The notes below the pieces were generated by a model that searched no databases, was not told the origin of the DNA, and saw only the letters and a program-made list of their open reading frames with translations. A stretch of 49,984 nucleotides of DNA, filler included, from Bipalium vagum (Eukaryota), in assembly GCA_037834085.1 (NCBI GenBank). It is 3 parts of 3 records of this genome, joined end to end, with 100 filler letters (N's around TTAATTAATTAA, not from the genome) between each part and the next. Parts side by side here need not be neighbours in the genome. Positions count along the whole stretch, not along the records: positions 1 to 16,419 come from JBBMKC010111909.1; 2 more parts are not named here. One strand, given 5' to 3'. Positions within the stretch are counted from its first letter, which is position 1. Each line of letters begins with the position of its first letter. Of this stretch, positions 1 to 13,600 are shown piece after piece. The position numbers and the translations under genes were made by a program.

Positions 1-76
1 TAATAAAAAATAAAAAAGCTATACTTGTTTTTCTTCTTTCATTTTATTTCCGAAAATATCGCACGCACCCTGTATA

Positions 77-330
77 TATATGACCACATCCATGACATTG
101 GAATTTGTACACGATATTAGCTTGCATTGGTTTTGGAGTCATTGTTTTGATTTTTAAAAAATTCTTCGTTTTTGCTGTTAGAATGAATTTATTCACGGTA
201 TCTTCTGTTGTCTTTTCAATTTTCCAATTTGGATACGCATTATTTTGTAATCTTCTCTTTAGTTCTTTCAACTCTATATCAATGTGTTTATAATCTGATG
301 TCAAGGACCAAACTCGGTATGCTTATCCTT
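77..330 (-). mobile_element. Penelope-like retroelement fragment (RT C-terminus and start of GIY-YIG endonuclease)
   Basis: Translation gives AYRVWS...ELKELKRRLQNNAYPNWKI...ANIVYKFQCHGCGHIYTG, matching the PLE EL..I...L..NGYP segment and the VY.I.C..C...YIG GIY-YIG motif. Truncated near 75 at a Tc1-type end (gcaccctgta). Confidence 0.75.
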
Positions 331-339
331 TCATTATAT

Positions 340-625
340 ATGAATTTTTATAACCAGTAACTAGATCCATATTTTGAGAATGTAGTGTTCCATTGGGTAA
401 TACTTTATAAAATAATGCAGTCTCATCTGCGTTTTATATATTTCTAGCATTATATCTGGTAAATAATTTCGGTATGGCGGTGGCAATGTAAGAATCAGCT
501 GCAAAAATGTCAGCACTTGCCTTTTCTCCTAGGATGTGCTTGTAATTAATATTTTGCCGTCTTTTTCATCTTTCAATTCATGATGCATCTGCCTGATAAC
601 ACAAATTCATTTGAACACTAAATTG
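340..625 (-). mobile_element. Degraded pogo/Tigger transposase fragment
   Basis: Minus-strand translation KRRQNINYKHILGEKASAD...IPKLFTRYNARNI*NADETALFYKVLPNGTL matches the Tigger GE.ASAD and IFNADETGLFY motifs; contains in-frame stops. Confidence 0.8.
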
Positions 626-629
626 TTGG

Positions 630-1330
630 TTGAATGACAACCTCGTTCGAAAAGAAACTGTTAGCCATGGAACCCACAGATCAACATTTTCCACATGGTT
701 ACATGCGCTATTAAAACTTCAAAAGCATGGAAAATGAGTGTTTTAGTACTGCCACATCTTTACTTGCTAGACAGAAAAAAGGGTTTTTTGTGGCGAATTG
801 TTACGGGGTTTAAGATATGGATTTATTTCCATAACACTAAACAAAAAAGTTCATGGCTTGATCCAATTTTGATAAGCAAGCTATGAATTGTATTTGGTGG
901 GAAGGTGTCGTGTACCATGAACTTTGGAAACTGGAAGAAACAGTTAAGGGAGAACAATATAAACATCAACTAAAAAGAATATATGATGAATTGATTTTAA
1001 AAAACTTTCCATAGCCAGCAATTGGCGCAAATTTATTCTTATACATGACAATGTAAGATCACATCTTTCTTTAATCGTCAACCAAGGACTGTTAGACCTT
1101 TAATTTGAAATCCTTCCATTCACAATGTGCTCTCCAGGCATAGGTTAAATAGATTTTCATTTATGAGGCCAATGGCATATTCTAGAGAAGAGGAAATTAA
1201 ATTCGTACGAAGATGTTCAAAATTGGGTGTCAAATTGGATACGTTCTTAAAAGAATCATGTTATCGACATGAAATATCTTTTTTTAGAATTTTTGGGAAG
1301 TCATTTTTAACGACGGAAAATATTTTGTTT
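630..1330 (+). mobile_element. Degraded mariner transposase fragment
   Basis: FLWRIVTGFKIWIYFHN (cf. FLHRIVTGDEKWIYYDN), CIWW.GVVYHEL, ILIHDN.RSH; frameshifted. Confidence 0.8.
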
Positions 1331-4300
1331 AATTTTAATGTGTCTATTTGATAATTCAATCCCTAGTATATTTAATTTAATTTAGGTGTTTATAAACTGC
1401 TAATCAAAGTAGAGATTTTTAATAAAAAAATTATTTATTATTTGATAATCAGTCCACCTGCTAGCAGTGTGAAACCAAAAGGTTAATATTAAAGTTATTT
1501 AAATATTTAATAATATTATATTATATATTTGTAATCAAATCTAATAAACAAGAAAATAACATATTTTTGATAATGTAGGGAATATATGAAATCAAATACA
1601 ATATGAAAATTTCTTATTTTAGAGAGATAATTGTTTTAAAATTATATTTGTCTAATGATCTGTATCTGATAAGAATTATAATTTGTTGATTACTTATTGA
1701 TTAATTGAATAAAAAAATATGAACAAAGGCTAATTCCAAAGTAGTGGATAAATTTATGAAATCACTCACATTTGTTATTTTTATTCAATGGTTATTTAAA
1801 TTTTTTGCACGCTTTTAGGTTAAGTAAAACCTGCGACTTTGTAAATAATATTTATTGTTGAATTATTTTTCTTAATCTTAATTATTTACTAATTAGTTGT
1901 CTATTTTGTTTTGACCTAAATAAACGATAAGCCTGATTGTTCAAATTATTTAAATAAAATTGAGATGGTGGTGTTATTATAAAATTAGAGGTTTTTGTAA
2001 AGCTTTCTAATAACTTGAATTTTCTGAAATTTGAATGATTTTATTATACTTTGAACTTTGTAAAAATTTAATGATTCTTATTCTAGTTTAAGGAATGTTT
2101 TTCCAATAATTCAGCCCTAGAATAAGCACAAGAATTTTTCTTGAAAAAATTGTCTATAATTGTCTCTGATGACTTGCATAAAGAAGGCAGTTTGTGTGCT
2201 AGTAAACTTGCCCTAATTTATTTTGTGATTAACACTGAATATTGTGTATCGACTTTGGCATGGGTTTTACTATGGGCTCTCATGTAGTGTATACAATATG
2301 TTCTGCATACAGGAAGTTTACGAATTTTAACGAATTGTCTTTGTGTGTATATATCGTATATTAGATAACGATATATTTATTATTTCACTAGAATGGATTC
2401 CAAATTTATAAAAAATTATCGACATTGCATGATTAATTTTGGATGTCTTTCATAGGAAAATATGAAAGAAAAATTGAATTGAATTTAAATATTTAACAGC
2501 ACATAGTATCTAATATTCTTGTTACCTCATTAAAAAATGTTCCGCGAAAAATATATTTAATTTTAATAGAAAACTATGGCAAATTATATTTAACTTTAAA
2601 TTGTGAGTAAGTTGAAGATTGAGTAGTAAAAATTGGAAAAGAAACTATGAATAGAAACATATATTATAAAATAAAATTTAATATATTGCCTAATAATAAA
2701 GGTAGTATTCAAATAGTATTAGATCGACAAAATACATTATATATAGAAGAAAACCAAAAATATGCAATTTCTGAAAAATATTTTCAAATAGAGGCAGCTA
2801 TTATCAGAAATGTTTCAAGATGTTATGAATGACTTTTATAATTACTTACACAAGTGTTTTAAAGTAAAGAATCATTCTGTAGAAAAATATAAACTTTTAA
2901 TAAATAAATGTTATTGTCAAAAATTTGCAGTCTTGTTAAATATATTTTACGGTATTACTTTTTAAAGTTGAATATTTACTTCATACAAATCTTGTATCAG
3001 TAATTCGGTTTTTTATGGAAAGTCTTAAACAAAAATATGATAAGGAACATGCCTTTTAATTTATGTCTTTAATGACTTTAAAAAGATTTTAAGAAAAACA
3101 GATTATTTTCGTATCAAGGCACTGGATCACTCAAAATATTACTAACTTCATACTGTTTAGATTAATTAATTAATTTCGTGTAGTAATGGGAAATTTTGAT
3201 AATGAGGAGGAAAGATAAGTTTGTAAATCACTAGTGATCAAAAAATTGATAACAAAAATTATTTCAAAAAATGGAGAAAGCAAAAACTAATTGACGATTA
3301 GTGGTTTCTTAATTACATTGGTAGAAAAATAAATTATTTCTTATAAATAAAATGATGTTTTTCTAGTTATTCAAAAATTTTTATACTATATTATTGTATT
3401 ATAATTAAAAATAAAGTTTAATAAATAACTAAAAATTTTTTAAATATTTAGATTATTAAAATTGTTATAAAGCATTTAAAAGAAATATATACTGCCAAAA
3501 TCAAGAACTATTTAATGTAACATAACCTGCTATATTTGTGTGTAAAAATTTGTGAATTTTATTGATTTTCAAGAAAAAAATCGTCATTTTATAACCTATA
3601 TAAATTATTATGCATAAACCAACTCTTTGATAAATATTCAGAAAATATTGCACAAATTAAATTTCTATTTTTTCATTTTTATGGATAATATAAATCTTAT
3701 TCCTATTTTTTTCTAAAGTCGGCTTTATTATGAATTTTTGATTATTTGAGGTGATAAAAATTCGGATTATAAATGTTTTATAATAAAATATTTTATAAAA
3801 CCTAAATAATTTTTTTAAGGACTACACCACTTTTATTGATAAAAATCAGTCACTTTTCAATCAAAAGGTGAACTCTTATTTGTCATGTTTTTCTATTCTT
3901 TCATCTATTTCTTCAATAATTCGATTTATTTGAGGTATCCATTTCAAGTATAATAATGACGCGGTCAAGAGGATTCGAGTATAGTGAGTATTGTGACCTT
4001 TATTTTTCGTCTGATTTGTTCAATGTCAGTATTGAAAAAATAAAAATATTTTCTGAAATTAATAATTGGATTGATATTTTTTGTTAGTTGTTGAAGCGTT
4101 AAGTATTTTTATTTTGTATTGTAAGCTTTTTCATGGAAATTTTTTTAATAAACTTGTTTCTGGAACTGAGGTGGAATCGTCAGAATTAGCTATCAAGTGG
4201 CATCTTCATGTTCTTTTTTTCAATTATTTAAGGTTTTAAAAGACGGGTTTTTCAGTTCACTCTGGACAAAATTACGAATAACGAAATTTGACATGATTCT

Positions 4301-4690
4301 TTCTGTAGAAAATTGTCTCATATAGAGTCAAAAATAATACCTGATTCGATAAAAACATTTTTCTAGTTATTGGAGTATTCTAAGACACGGTTTTCCAAAT
4401 CATGGTTTATGTCTTCTAATTACTTGTTTTTGATTCTAAAAAAAACTAGAAATTTCAGTGTAACTCTAATTTTTGTTATATAAGGCTCTTATTAGGATAA
4501 TATAACATAAAGTTTAAATAATTCAATGTATACACAAACATTATGGCATTTATGATATATAAGAAATTTAAATAATTTTAAATATGGTATATATTTCATA
4601 TTATATTTGAGTCAAAGTTTTATTAATTAAGCACTTTCTCAGTATCTTGATTTGAAATTATTTGCATATTTTACCTTCTTATTTTAATAG

Positions 4691-7600
4691 TTCCTTACCA
4701 AACAATATGCCGCTACTGCGTACAAAAATTACAAAAGGCCTCAAGAACGTGGATGCAAACAAATATATCTCGAAAATTCTGAACCAGTTTTCGTACGATC
4801 AACATCGGGTTATCAACCTCCTCATGTGAGAGATAAGCAAAAACAGGATATTGATCCGCTGTGTGATTTGAAACGAAACATAAAAAGCAATTTAAACAAA
4901 ATAACTCCTCAAAACTTTCAAGACTGTTTTGTCGAAATACAAAAGCTAAATATAGAAACCAAGGATGAAATGTCATGTCTTATCAATGAAATATTTATTA
5001 AAGTTTATACATATATTTATTTCGGGTTGCTTTGGAAATTATGTTTTTTAGGCCGTTAAAGAAGAGGCTTACAGTGTTACTTATGCTCAATTTTGCAATA
5101 AGCTCTCTCAACACTACGTTGAAAATCAATCATTCAAAGGTCAATTATTAAAAAAATGTCAAGACATGTTTGAAACTCCTTTACAGGTTAAATTATATAT
5201 TTGTTTAGTGCAGTACGTTATTATTCTTATAACGACTATAAGTTAACTGAATTTAAAAAGTATTAAGATCACTAGATTTCATATTGATTATTTTTGACAA
5301 AAAATTGGACTTTTGAATATAAATTTATATATCATTTATTTCATATTTTAATATTAATATGAATTAATTAATTAAAAATATTTAATTTCTTAACCTTTTA
5401 TTAAAATTTATATTATAAGTAACATTTAATATTTAAAATCAAAGATTTTTTAATCTTATTTAAATTTAAAATATTACACTTTTATTTTATATTATTTTAA
5501 ATTATTTAAAACTTAAGATTTTGAAATTCAAAACTCCCTTGTATGAAAATTGATAATAATGATATTATTATTATTATACTTATAATTACACTGCCCGAGG
5601 CTTGTGAACTTTTATTTTTTATTAGATGAAAGCTATCTGACCAGATATCGTTTTTGTTGCTGATTCCATATTACTCCATTATATCTCATTTTCGAGAAAA
5701 TTATTTTTTTAAAAACTGTATAATTTTTATTAAAACCACCAATTACATAATTAAACATTTATTTATGGTACAGTCAAACCTCTTTATAACGTCACCTGTC
5801 GGATTAGAATTTTATGTTATTGAGAGGTAATAATATTTTAAGAAAATTTTTATTTTTGTAATTTTATGATATCATATGATGGTTTGACGTTATAGAGAAA
5901 TAATTTTTTTAAGTTGTAAAATGACTTATTCAATTTTTTAAAACCTGTATTTAACATAAATATTGTTACATAAGAATACTGATAAATAGAATAATAAAAA
6001 TAATAACTATATTTCAAATATTTATTTCATACTCAAGCAAATTAGTTCGTCTCCATTTTTTTGAACGGCACTTAGTAATAATATCATCAATTTGATCACA
6101 TAAGTTTAATACGTTATATTATAAATACTCTATAAAGCTTCTAAAAAGATAAAAACATTTAAATACTTTTTCACACAAAATGATTGGTTATTCATATTCT
6201 TTAACATCATCAACATTAATTTCTGGTTGTTGAACTACGGATTCCACTATTTCATTTAAGGTCTTTCTACCGACGTGATTAACTCTTGATCAACATTAAT
6301 GTAATTATCGAACTTGGTATTCTGTTCAATTTCATTTACTAAAAAATCTTAATCAAAAAACATAAATAATTATTATATTTTTTAATATAACAGAATAATA
6401 TCAGGGTGGTCCATAAGTTTCTGGAATTTTGCATATTATTATGCTAATTTTTAAAAGTAATAAATTTTTCTTTTAAACTCTTATTTTTCATAAATAAATA
6501 GCTTAGACAATTCAATTTTGGTAATTTATAATTATATATTATTATTATCGAGAATTATTGTATGAGTTCAAACTTAGTTATACTGTGGACGAGGCTATTT
6601 GAAATCCTAAGGAGCAGAAGCTATTAACAAAAGCATCACATAAAAATAGTTTAAAAATGTGAATAGGCGATTCAATATTTTCAGCTAATTTTTTGCAAAA
6701 TCATGAATATTAGGTTGTATCAAAAGTTCCCGTGATTTTGATAGATTTTTCTTTTATCAAAATAAATATTTTTAATAACAATTCTTAAAAATAAGATACA
6801 TCGGAATCTCTTTATAGCGACACCTCTATGTAACGACATCCTCTGTGTAACGACAGTTTAGTCCGGCCCGGTAAAAATTTAGATAATTCAAATATAAAAA
6901 TAACTCTATATAATGACATCTCTATATAACAAAAATTCTATATAACGGTACTTATTTTTAAAAATATTACGTGTTTTAATATTTTAATAACTTCATAATG
7001 CAAAATTTAAAATCTAAGACTTAAACTAAGTTTAAGTGAAAAACTTGAAATTATTGAGGATTCCAAAACAATTAACAACAACATCGAATTAGCCAAGAAA
7101 TTTTATGTCTCCAGAACAACAATAATTGGAATTCTAAAATTTTAAAAATGCAATCCAATATGGCGCTAGACCAAAGTGCAAAAAATAAAGTATTGTCTTT
7201 ATTTAGATCTCGAAATGGGATGTTAGCACGTGGTTCAGGCAAGTAAGAGCACAAAATATTTCAATTAATAGCCAAATTCTTCAACAAAAAGCATGCGAAA
7301 TGGCAACTGAAAGGAAAATAGATTTATTCCGTGACAGTAATGGATAGCTTGAAAAGTTTCTGAAAAGACAGCATCATATTTAAATCAAACCAGGATAATC
7401 AGCAGACATTAACATGGAGAAATATTTTATTGTTCATAGACAATTACTCAGCACACAGTTCAAAAATTAAATTAAAATGCATAAAATTGAAATATTTTTT
7501 GCCAAATACAACAAGTGAAGTGCAGCCGATGCACCAAGGAATAATCAAAAATTTGACGTTTATTGTTGCACAAGAAAATTGCATCAATAGATAACGAAAA

Positions 7601-10600
7601 ACCATTCGTAATAAATCTGAACAAGCTTGGAATGCTGTGTCCATAGAAACAATTCAGAATTTTTTTGTAAAAGCTAAATTTATTCTTCGGGATAAAATGT
7701 ATGAAATGAAGTTGATGATGAAGAATAAATTAAATTACTTTGGCAATTTTTAAGAGATGTTAATGAGATAGATGGTCAAATTAGCTTAAACGATTATATC
7801 TCAATAGATCAACACATAGCTACATATGGAATACCGTCTTTGAATGTCATTGCTATGTCTATAATGGTGAATTGTATTGACGATGAATAGATTGAACCTG
7901 AACTAGCCACAGTTTCAAATAAAGAAGCAAGCCAGAAATAGTATATTTTGCTGTATTTTATAGAAAAAATGAGAATGATCCAGCCATTTTGAAAATATGT
8001 TATAAAATTGATGACATAATGGACAAGATTGTTTGTTTGAATATCAAATAAACAAGTTGTAACATGATGTTATTTTTCTGATTATTCTAATTTTAAAATA
8101 TAATACTCAATTTGTTTTCACTTGGTGATTATGTAATCAAAACTGGTAACTAAAATATGGTCCTTCCAGGGGAGTGTTGTTATAAAGGGGTTTAACTCTA
8201 TTTATATTTTACTATCAGATTATGTTTGTTTTGTTTAAATAAACATAAACATATAAAACGAATTTTCAGTTTTAGTTTTTAATATTTTTTTTCTTATTAC
8301 TCAGAAATAGTTTCTTTATTCAATTATATCTCTTGATTTGAGTTATATGAATAATAAGAAAACGGAGTACCGGTTTTTTTGGATTTATTTTGCTATTCCA
8401 TTTCTCAATAAAAAATTATTATATTGTTTAGTAAAAAGATGAATTTATTTAATAAGTTAAAATTTGATTTACCGAGCTTCTTACAGGACCAATTGAATAC
8501 CGTTAAAAATGATTGGGAATTAAAAATATCTGAAGAAACTGATTTGAAAATGAAAGCATTGTACGAGTCAGATTTGGAGGAACAAGTTAAAAAAGCAAAG
8601 GACAAATATTTTGGTAACATTAGGTAAATAATTTTATCAAAAATCAATATTGAAATGCATAAAATAGGTTTATTGGTGAATTGTTTTTGCATAATCTATT
8701 GGCTGCGAAAGTTATTTTAAATTGTATTAATGAGCTATTGAATGCCAGTGACGAGTCAGATGCAATGCTGGCTTTGTGTAAACTGTTAGAAACATGTGGA
8801 AAGCAGATCGATGTAAAGCACAAAGAACAAATGAATAGGTTTATATTCAGAATTCATGAATTGGTCGATGCCCTAAACTTAGAAAAAAGAATTCGATTTA
8901 AATTAAAAGATATAACGGAGATGAGACTTCGTGGTTGGACTTTACGTCACATACAACAAGAAAAGAAAATAAATCCAAAAACATTTCAAGAACAAAAAGA
9001 AGAAGCTGCAGCTGAGGCATCGGCAACAGCATTGAGAATGGCTGCAATGAATAGAGCAAAAAATGTTGTTCCTAACATTCCCCTTAATAATTGTAAACTA
9101 ATTTTTAAAATTCATTCATTTTTGAATTTATAAATTTAGCAAGAAGAAATATATCGAATCCTAACATAAAAATCAAACACTTAAAGTTTAATTCTCAGAA
9201 TTCGGATGAGAATGTTGTATTAGGTCCATCGGGTGGTAGTTGGATTAGTGGAAGCGGCTCCAAAACTAGAATGAATGAGATGGATATTTGTTCACAGTAA
9301 GTTATTGTTTTTAAAAATTTATTGATGTATTTCTTAAAATGATATAAAACTAAATATTAATACATCGAATTTTAATTCGATAATAAATTAAATTTTCAAA
9401 TAGATTATTTTATATTTAAAATTAATGTTATTCAATAAAATATTTAATGAGTACTGTGTGCTTAGTTAATATTATTAATGTGAAACAATTAAAGAATTAA
9501 TTACAAATGGTTTTCTGTTATCCATCTTTTTCTATTTTGTGTCTGACTTTGACTGAATCAGTGAATCATCTGAACAAAATAACTGAAGTTCAATAAACCA
9601 TTTACCATATATTCCTTTTGCTCTGTAATATATAATCGGTCACATGTGTCAATCATTATACTATAACATGTATCTTAATGATTTTTTAAGATTTTTTCAG
9701 ATTTTTTCAAACATTGAATATGAATAATATAGGGGTCCGCAAAAAACTTCGTTTTTACAAAATTATGTTTTATTATATATTATTATTATTATATTATAAA
9801 ATATGTTTTTGTATTATAATAAATAATTTAGAAAAAACGAGTTTTTTTGCGGACACCTTTATATGAATCGATTTTTGTTGATTATTATTAAAATTCAAGT
9901 TTAGTTTATATTTGCATCTTATGACTCTTATTCATAATATCAATCTTAACTGAAATAATTAGGAATGTCTTCTCAAAAATTTATGGGAAATTTAGTTTTT
10001 GTGTCTATAGAAGAGATTGATTTAGGGTTATGGTTTCATTTTGATCTTACATATGATATGATAATCTTTTCAATTGTTAATGACTGATGGAAATCTTAGG
10101 ATAATTATGTAATCTTAATTGTATATAAAAATAATAACCAATTTAAATTCAATTTAAGTATGTGATTTGTTATTAAATAGATGTACTTTTAAAGTTAATT
10201 CAATTGTGAAATTAATTTTATTGATTTTATATTATTCACAGAATTTTGAGATTTTTTATAATAGACAAACCATTAATAATATTTTATTACACAATGGATT
10301 TTAAGGTATTACTAAACACCATCGTTTTTATATTTTTGTAATAATAATTGTTTTTTTAATAATGATACGTGATGGTTATTGGGACCTACTATGATATTCA
10401 ATTTTTAATATTTTAAAGCAACTCTACTAACGGAATTAAAAAATAATTTTTTAAATTTCTAGGAAGTCTAAGATTTCTTCGGTCAGACATGCCAGTAATT
10501 CTCACTCTAGAGAACAATCTCCTCAGGTTACTAAAGCAAACAGATATAGAACCTTAGAATCTTCAGCTGAAGCTAGTGGAGCAGACAGTCGATCTAGTAC

Positions 10601-13600
10601 TCCTCCTTTAATGCCTCCTCCGTTCAGTAAAGCCTTCAGAGTTGTAAGTAGTGAGTCAAAGCTAGCAATGTCTGATAATGATCGATCAGAGATAATTTTC
10701 AATGAATTATTATCAACCGGACATTTCAATGTAGAATCTGGATCGCATATATTTCATTTCAATTTATTTGATTTTTTATTCGTTAGGTTAATAGTTGGAT
10801 GCAAATTCGCAATGTTAAATCAGTTATAGAAAACTGGGTTGACGGTATGATGGAAAAAGATGTCAATTGTCGAAGAGCAGTGGGAGACAGTTTCAGTTCA
10901 TTATTGATAAGCAAAAAATTAACTGTTGAACAAATTGTTGAAGGGTTTGGCTGTTTTAACTGCTTAATTTTTTATTAATAAATATATTAAGAACTCGGAG
11001 TTTCGTTTCATCGATTGACGACCTTATTTGTGACATTCCTAAACTATGGGAATTTTTCGCTGAATTTCTAGAACGATTTATCCGTGACGATACATCAAAC
11101 ATAAGCTTTTTCGAGAATATTTTCAAATCTTTATTGCCAAGCAAGGATGTAGCTCGATGCTTTTCTGCAGTGTGTCATGAAGCTAGTTCCAGACTCGGTC
11201 ATGGTATAGTGGGAAAGGTTTTCAACCGTTCTCTCAATTGGAAATCAATAATTCCTTGTGATGAGATGGAATCATTCATTAGAATCAATGATTTGGAATT
11301 TACACGCGACGGTGGATCATCTATTTCTTCAGGTTGTTATCAACCACTGAGTTTTATAGCTGTAGAATTGGATGAAATGTTGTCAAAAAATTCGTGCAAT
11401 GAAAATATTTTTCATTTTTTGGAAAAATGGGTCGATACATCCACTTGGGGAAAAAGTGAATACACAAGAACTATAACTAGCTCAATTTTGAATGCTGCAA
11501 TTAAAAGTTTATGAACAATGATTTATTGATTCATTTATTATAAACTATTCTTAATTTCAGAAATGCCAAATCAATCAGTTCGAGAATATCTGAAAAACAA
11601 AATCGGAATAATCAGAAGTGTTTCAAATCAGAAGATTGATAATGAAGTTGAAATTTTAAAATCCGTTCTAAATGTGGCAAGCGGATTGGAAAAAGGTTTG
11701 TTTAATTTAATCAATAAAAATAAAATTTTTTTGATTTTTAAAAAATATTTTTGACTTATATTTTTTAATCTTGATTATTTTTATAACCTGTAATTTAAAT
11801 TTGAAATATTAAAATTAAATTGGGAATCAATTTATATATTAAAGTGAAATATCATAAACAACAAAATTAATTTCTTTTTTAAATTATTAATTTATTTTTA
11901 TATTTATCCTATAGGATTTTTTTTAATAAAATCTGTTTTCTCACAAAGATATCATTTTCTATCTTTGTGAGAAAACAGAAAATAGAAATATTGATTATTT
12001 TAAATTACGAATAATTCAGATTTTAAATTTTGTAAACAAAAGTAATTTTAATATATTAATTAAACATAAAATTATTTATTATTATTAAAAGTAAATAGTG
12101 TTTTTAAACTTAAAAATATTTGAAATTTAAAATTAAAAGATCTCAGATTAAACTGCAGAACTATAACTATCAATTTGTGTGGAAATAGGTTACAAAAATG
12201 TGTAAGTGATCCATATTGACTTAAAATTTGTCCAGGACGTCGACAATTATCGTAAATGATCCCCAAATATGAAGTATAATAATCAGGATTGATTTCTTTG
12301 ATAGAAAAAGAAGTGTTGATTACATTTTAAAACGACCTTTTTGTTTTTAAAATTTTCTTTTGAGTAGTTTTTTTTCTTTATTTTCTAATTGCTGCACTGT
12401 TTTAAACAGTCATGCATGAACAAGTCTTCGAACCATTGTAGGTTAATTAATTTGAATTATTGGGTTTTCGGTTAATTTCATGCTATTTTTTAAATTCAAA
12501 ATTGCTCAAATAAAAATTATGATTTTGCCAATTGATTAACAGCTAATAATAAAGAATCTTTCTCTTAATTTTCAATTAATATTTTTTCGTGGTAAGGTTT
12601 CGGTCAAAAAACCTTATATTTCAAAAGTTCATATCTCATGTTTTAAACTCAAAAATTCATTTTTGGTTCCTTTGCAAAACAGAGTGGTTTTAGAAGCTTA
12701 GAATTCTCTTCCTTTTAACAAATAAGTTTTATAATAATAAAAATTTACTTTTTTTTGAGATTCAAAAGTTCAAAGAAATAAACAAAACAATAAATATGAT
12801 TTTATATTATATATTTAGTGTTTCAAGAAATATTCTTATTATCAGTGTTATGACAAGTATCTTAATTTTATTAACTAAGAATCATTAAAATATTTAGTAA
12901 AATTGTTAATTTATTGATTTGAATTAGACTCGATTTATTCATTGAAGTAATTCTGATTTAACATAATTTTGTGGATAAAATGCATAATAATTAACCTGAG
13001 TTAATTTAAAATACAACGAATATCCTACTTTATTTGAAAGAATTCAAACTATTTTGTTTGATCGCCAAATTTAAAAATTTTTAAGAGGATAGGCTGTTGG
13101 ACAGTAAAATATTTTTCTGCATGAAAAAGTTATAATAAATGATAAAATAAAAGAAAATCTGGAAAAGTTTAATGTTTCATTCGAAAAATATTTAGATTCG
13201 AAAAACATGCATAATTATGGCGTGAATAAAGGGGAATATATAATTTAATTATATAAATAAATGTTTAAGATTTAAGATTACTTCGACTTAATTAATTTTT
13301 GTGAAAAATTAAATCTGAAAATGAAAAAAGCAGTTTTGATCACGCTTGTAGAATCTACACAAGGATTTCTTTTTCAATGTATCTATAATTTTCAAATAAT
13401 TGATTATTTTTTTATAAAAAAATGTTATCTCCCTATACTTATTTATCAAATAGTTCTCATTTAACTTAGATGAACGACGAATTAAACAAGATTCCTGAAA
13501 TGTGTTTTTGACTTTTCACTGAATTTCCAAAAGCTATAAAATTAGTTTAGAAACATTACCAAGATTTTCTAGAAATAAAATAGTTGTTTTCAGTAAATTT

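Noticed and set aside
6800-6950. CRISPR-like or regulatory tandem array
   Set aside because: These are subterminal repeats of a pogo/Tigger end in a eukaryotic intron; no regular spacers.
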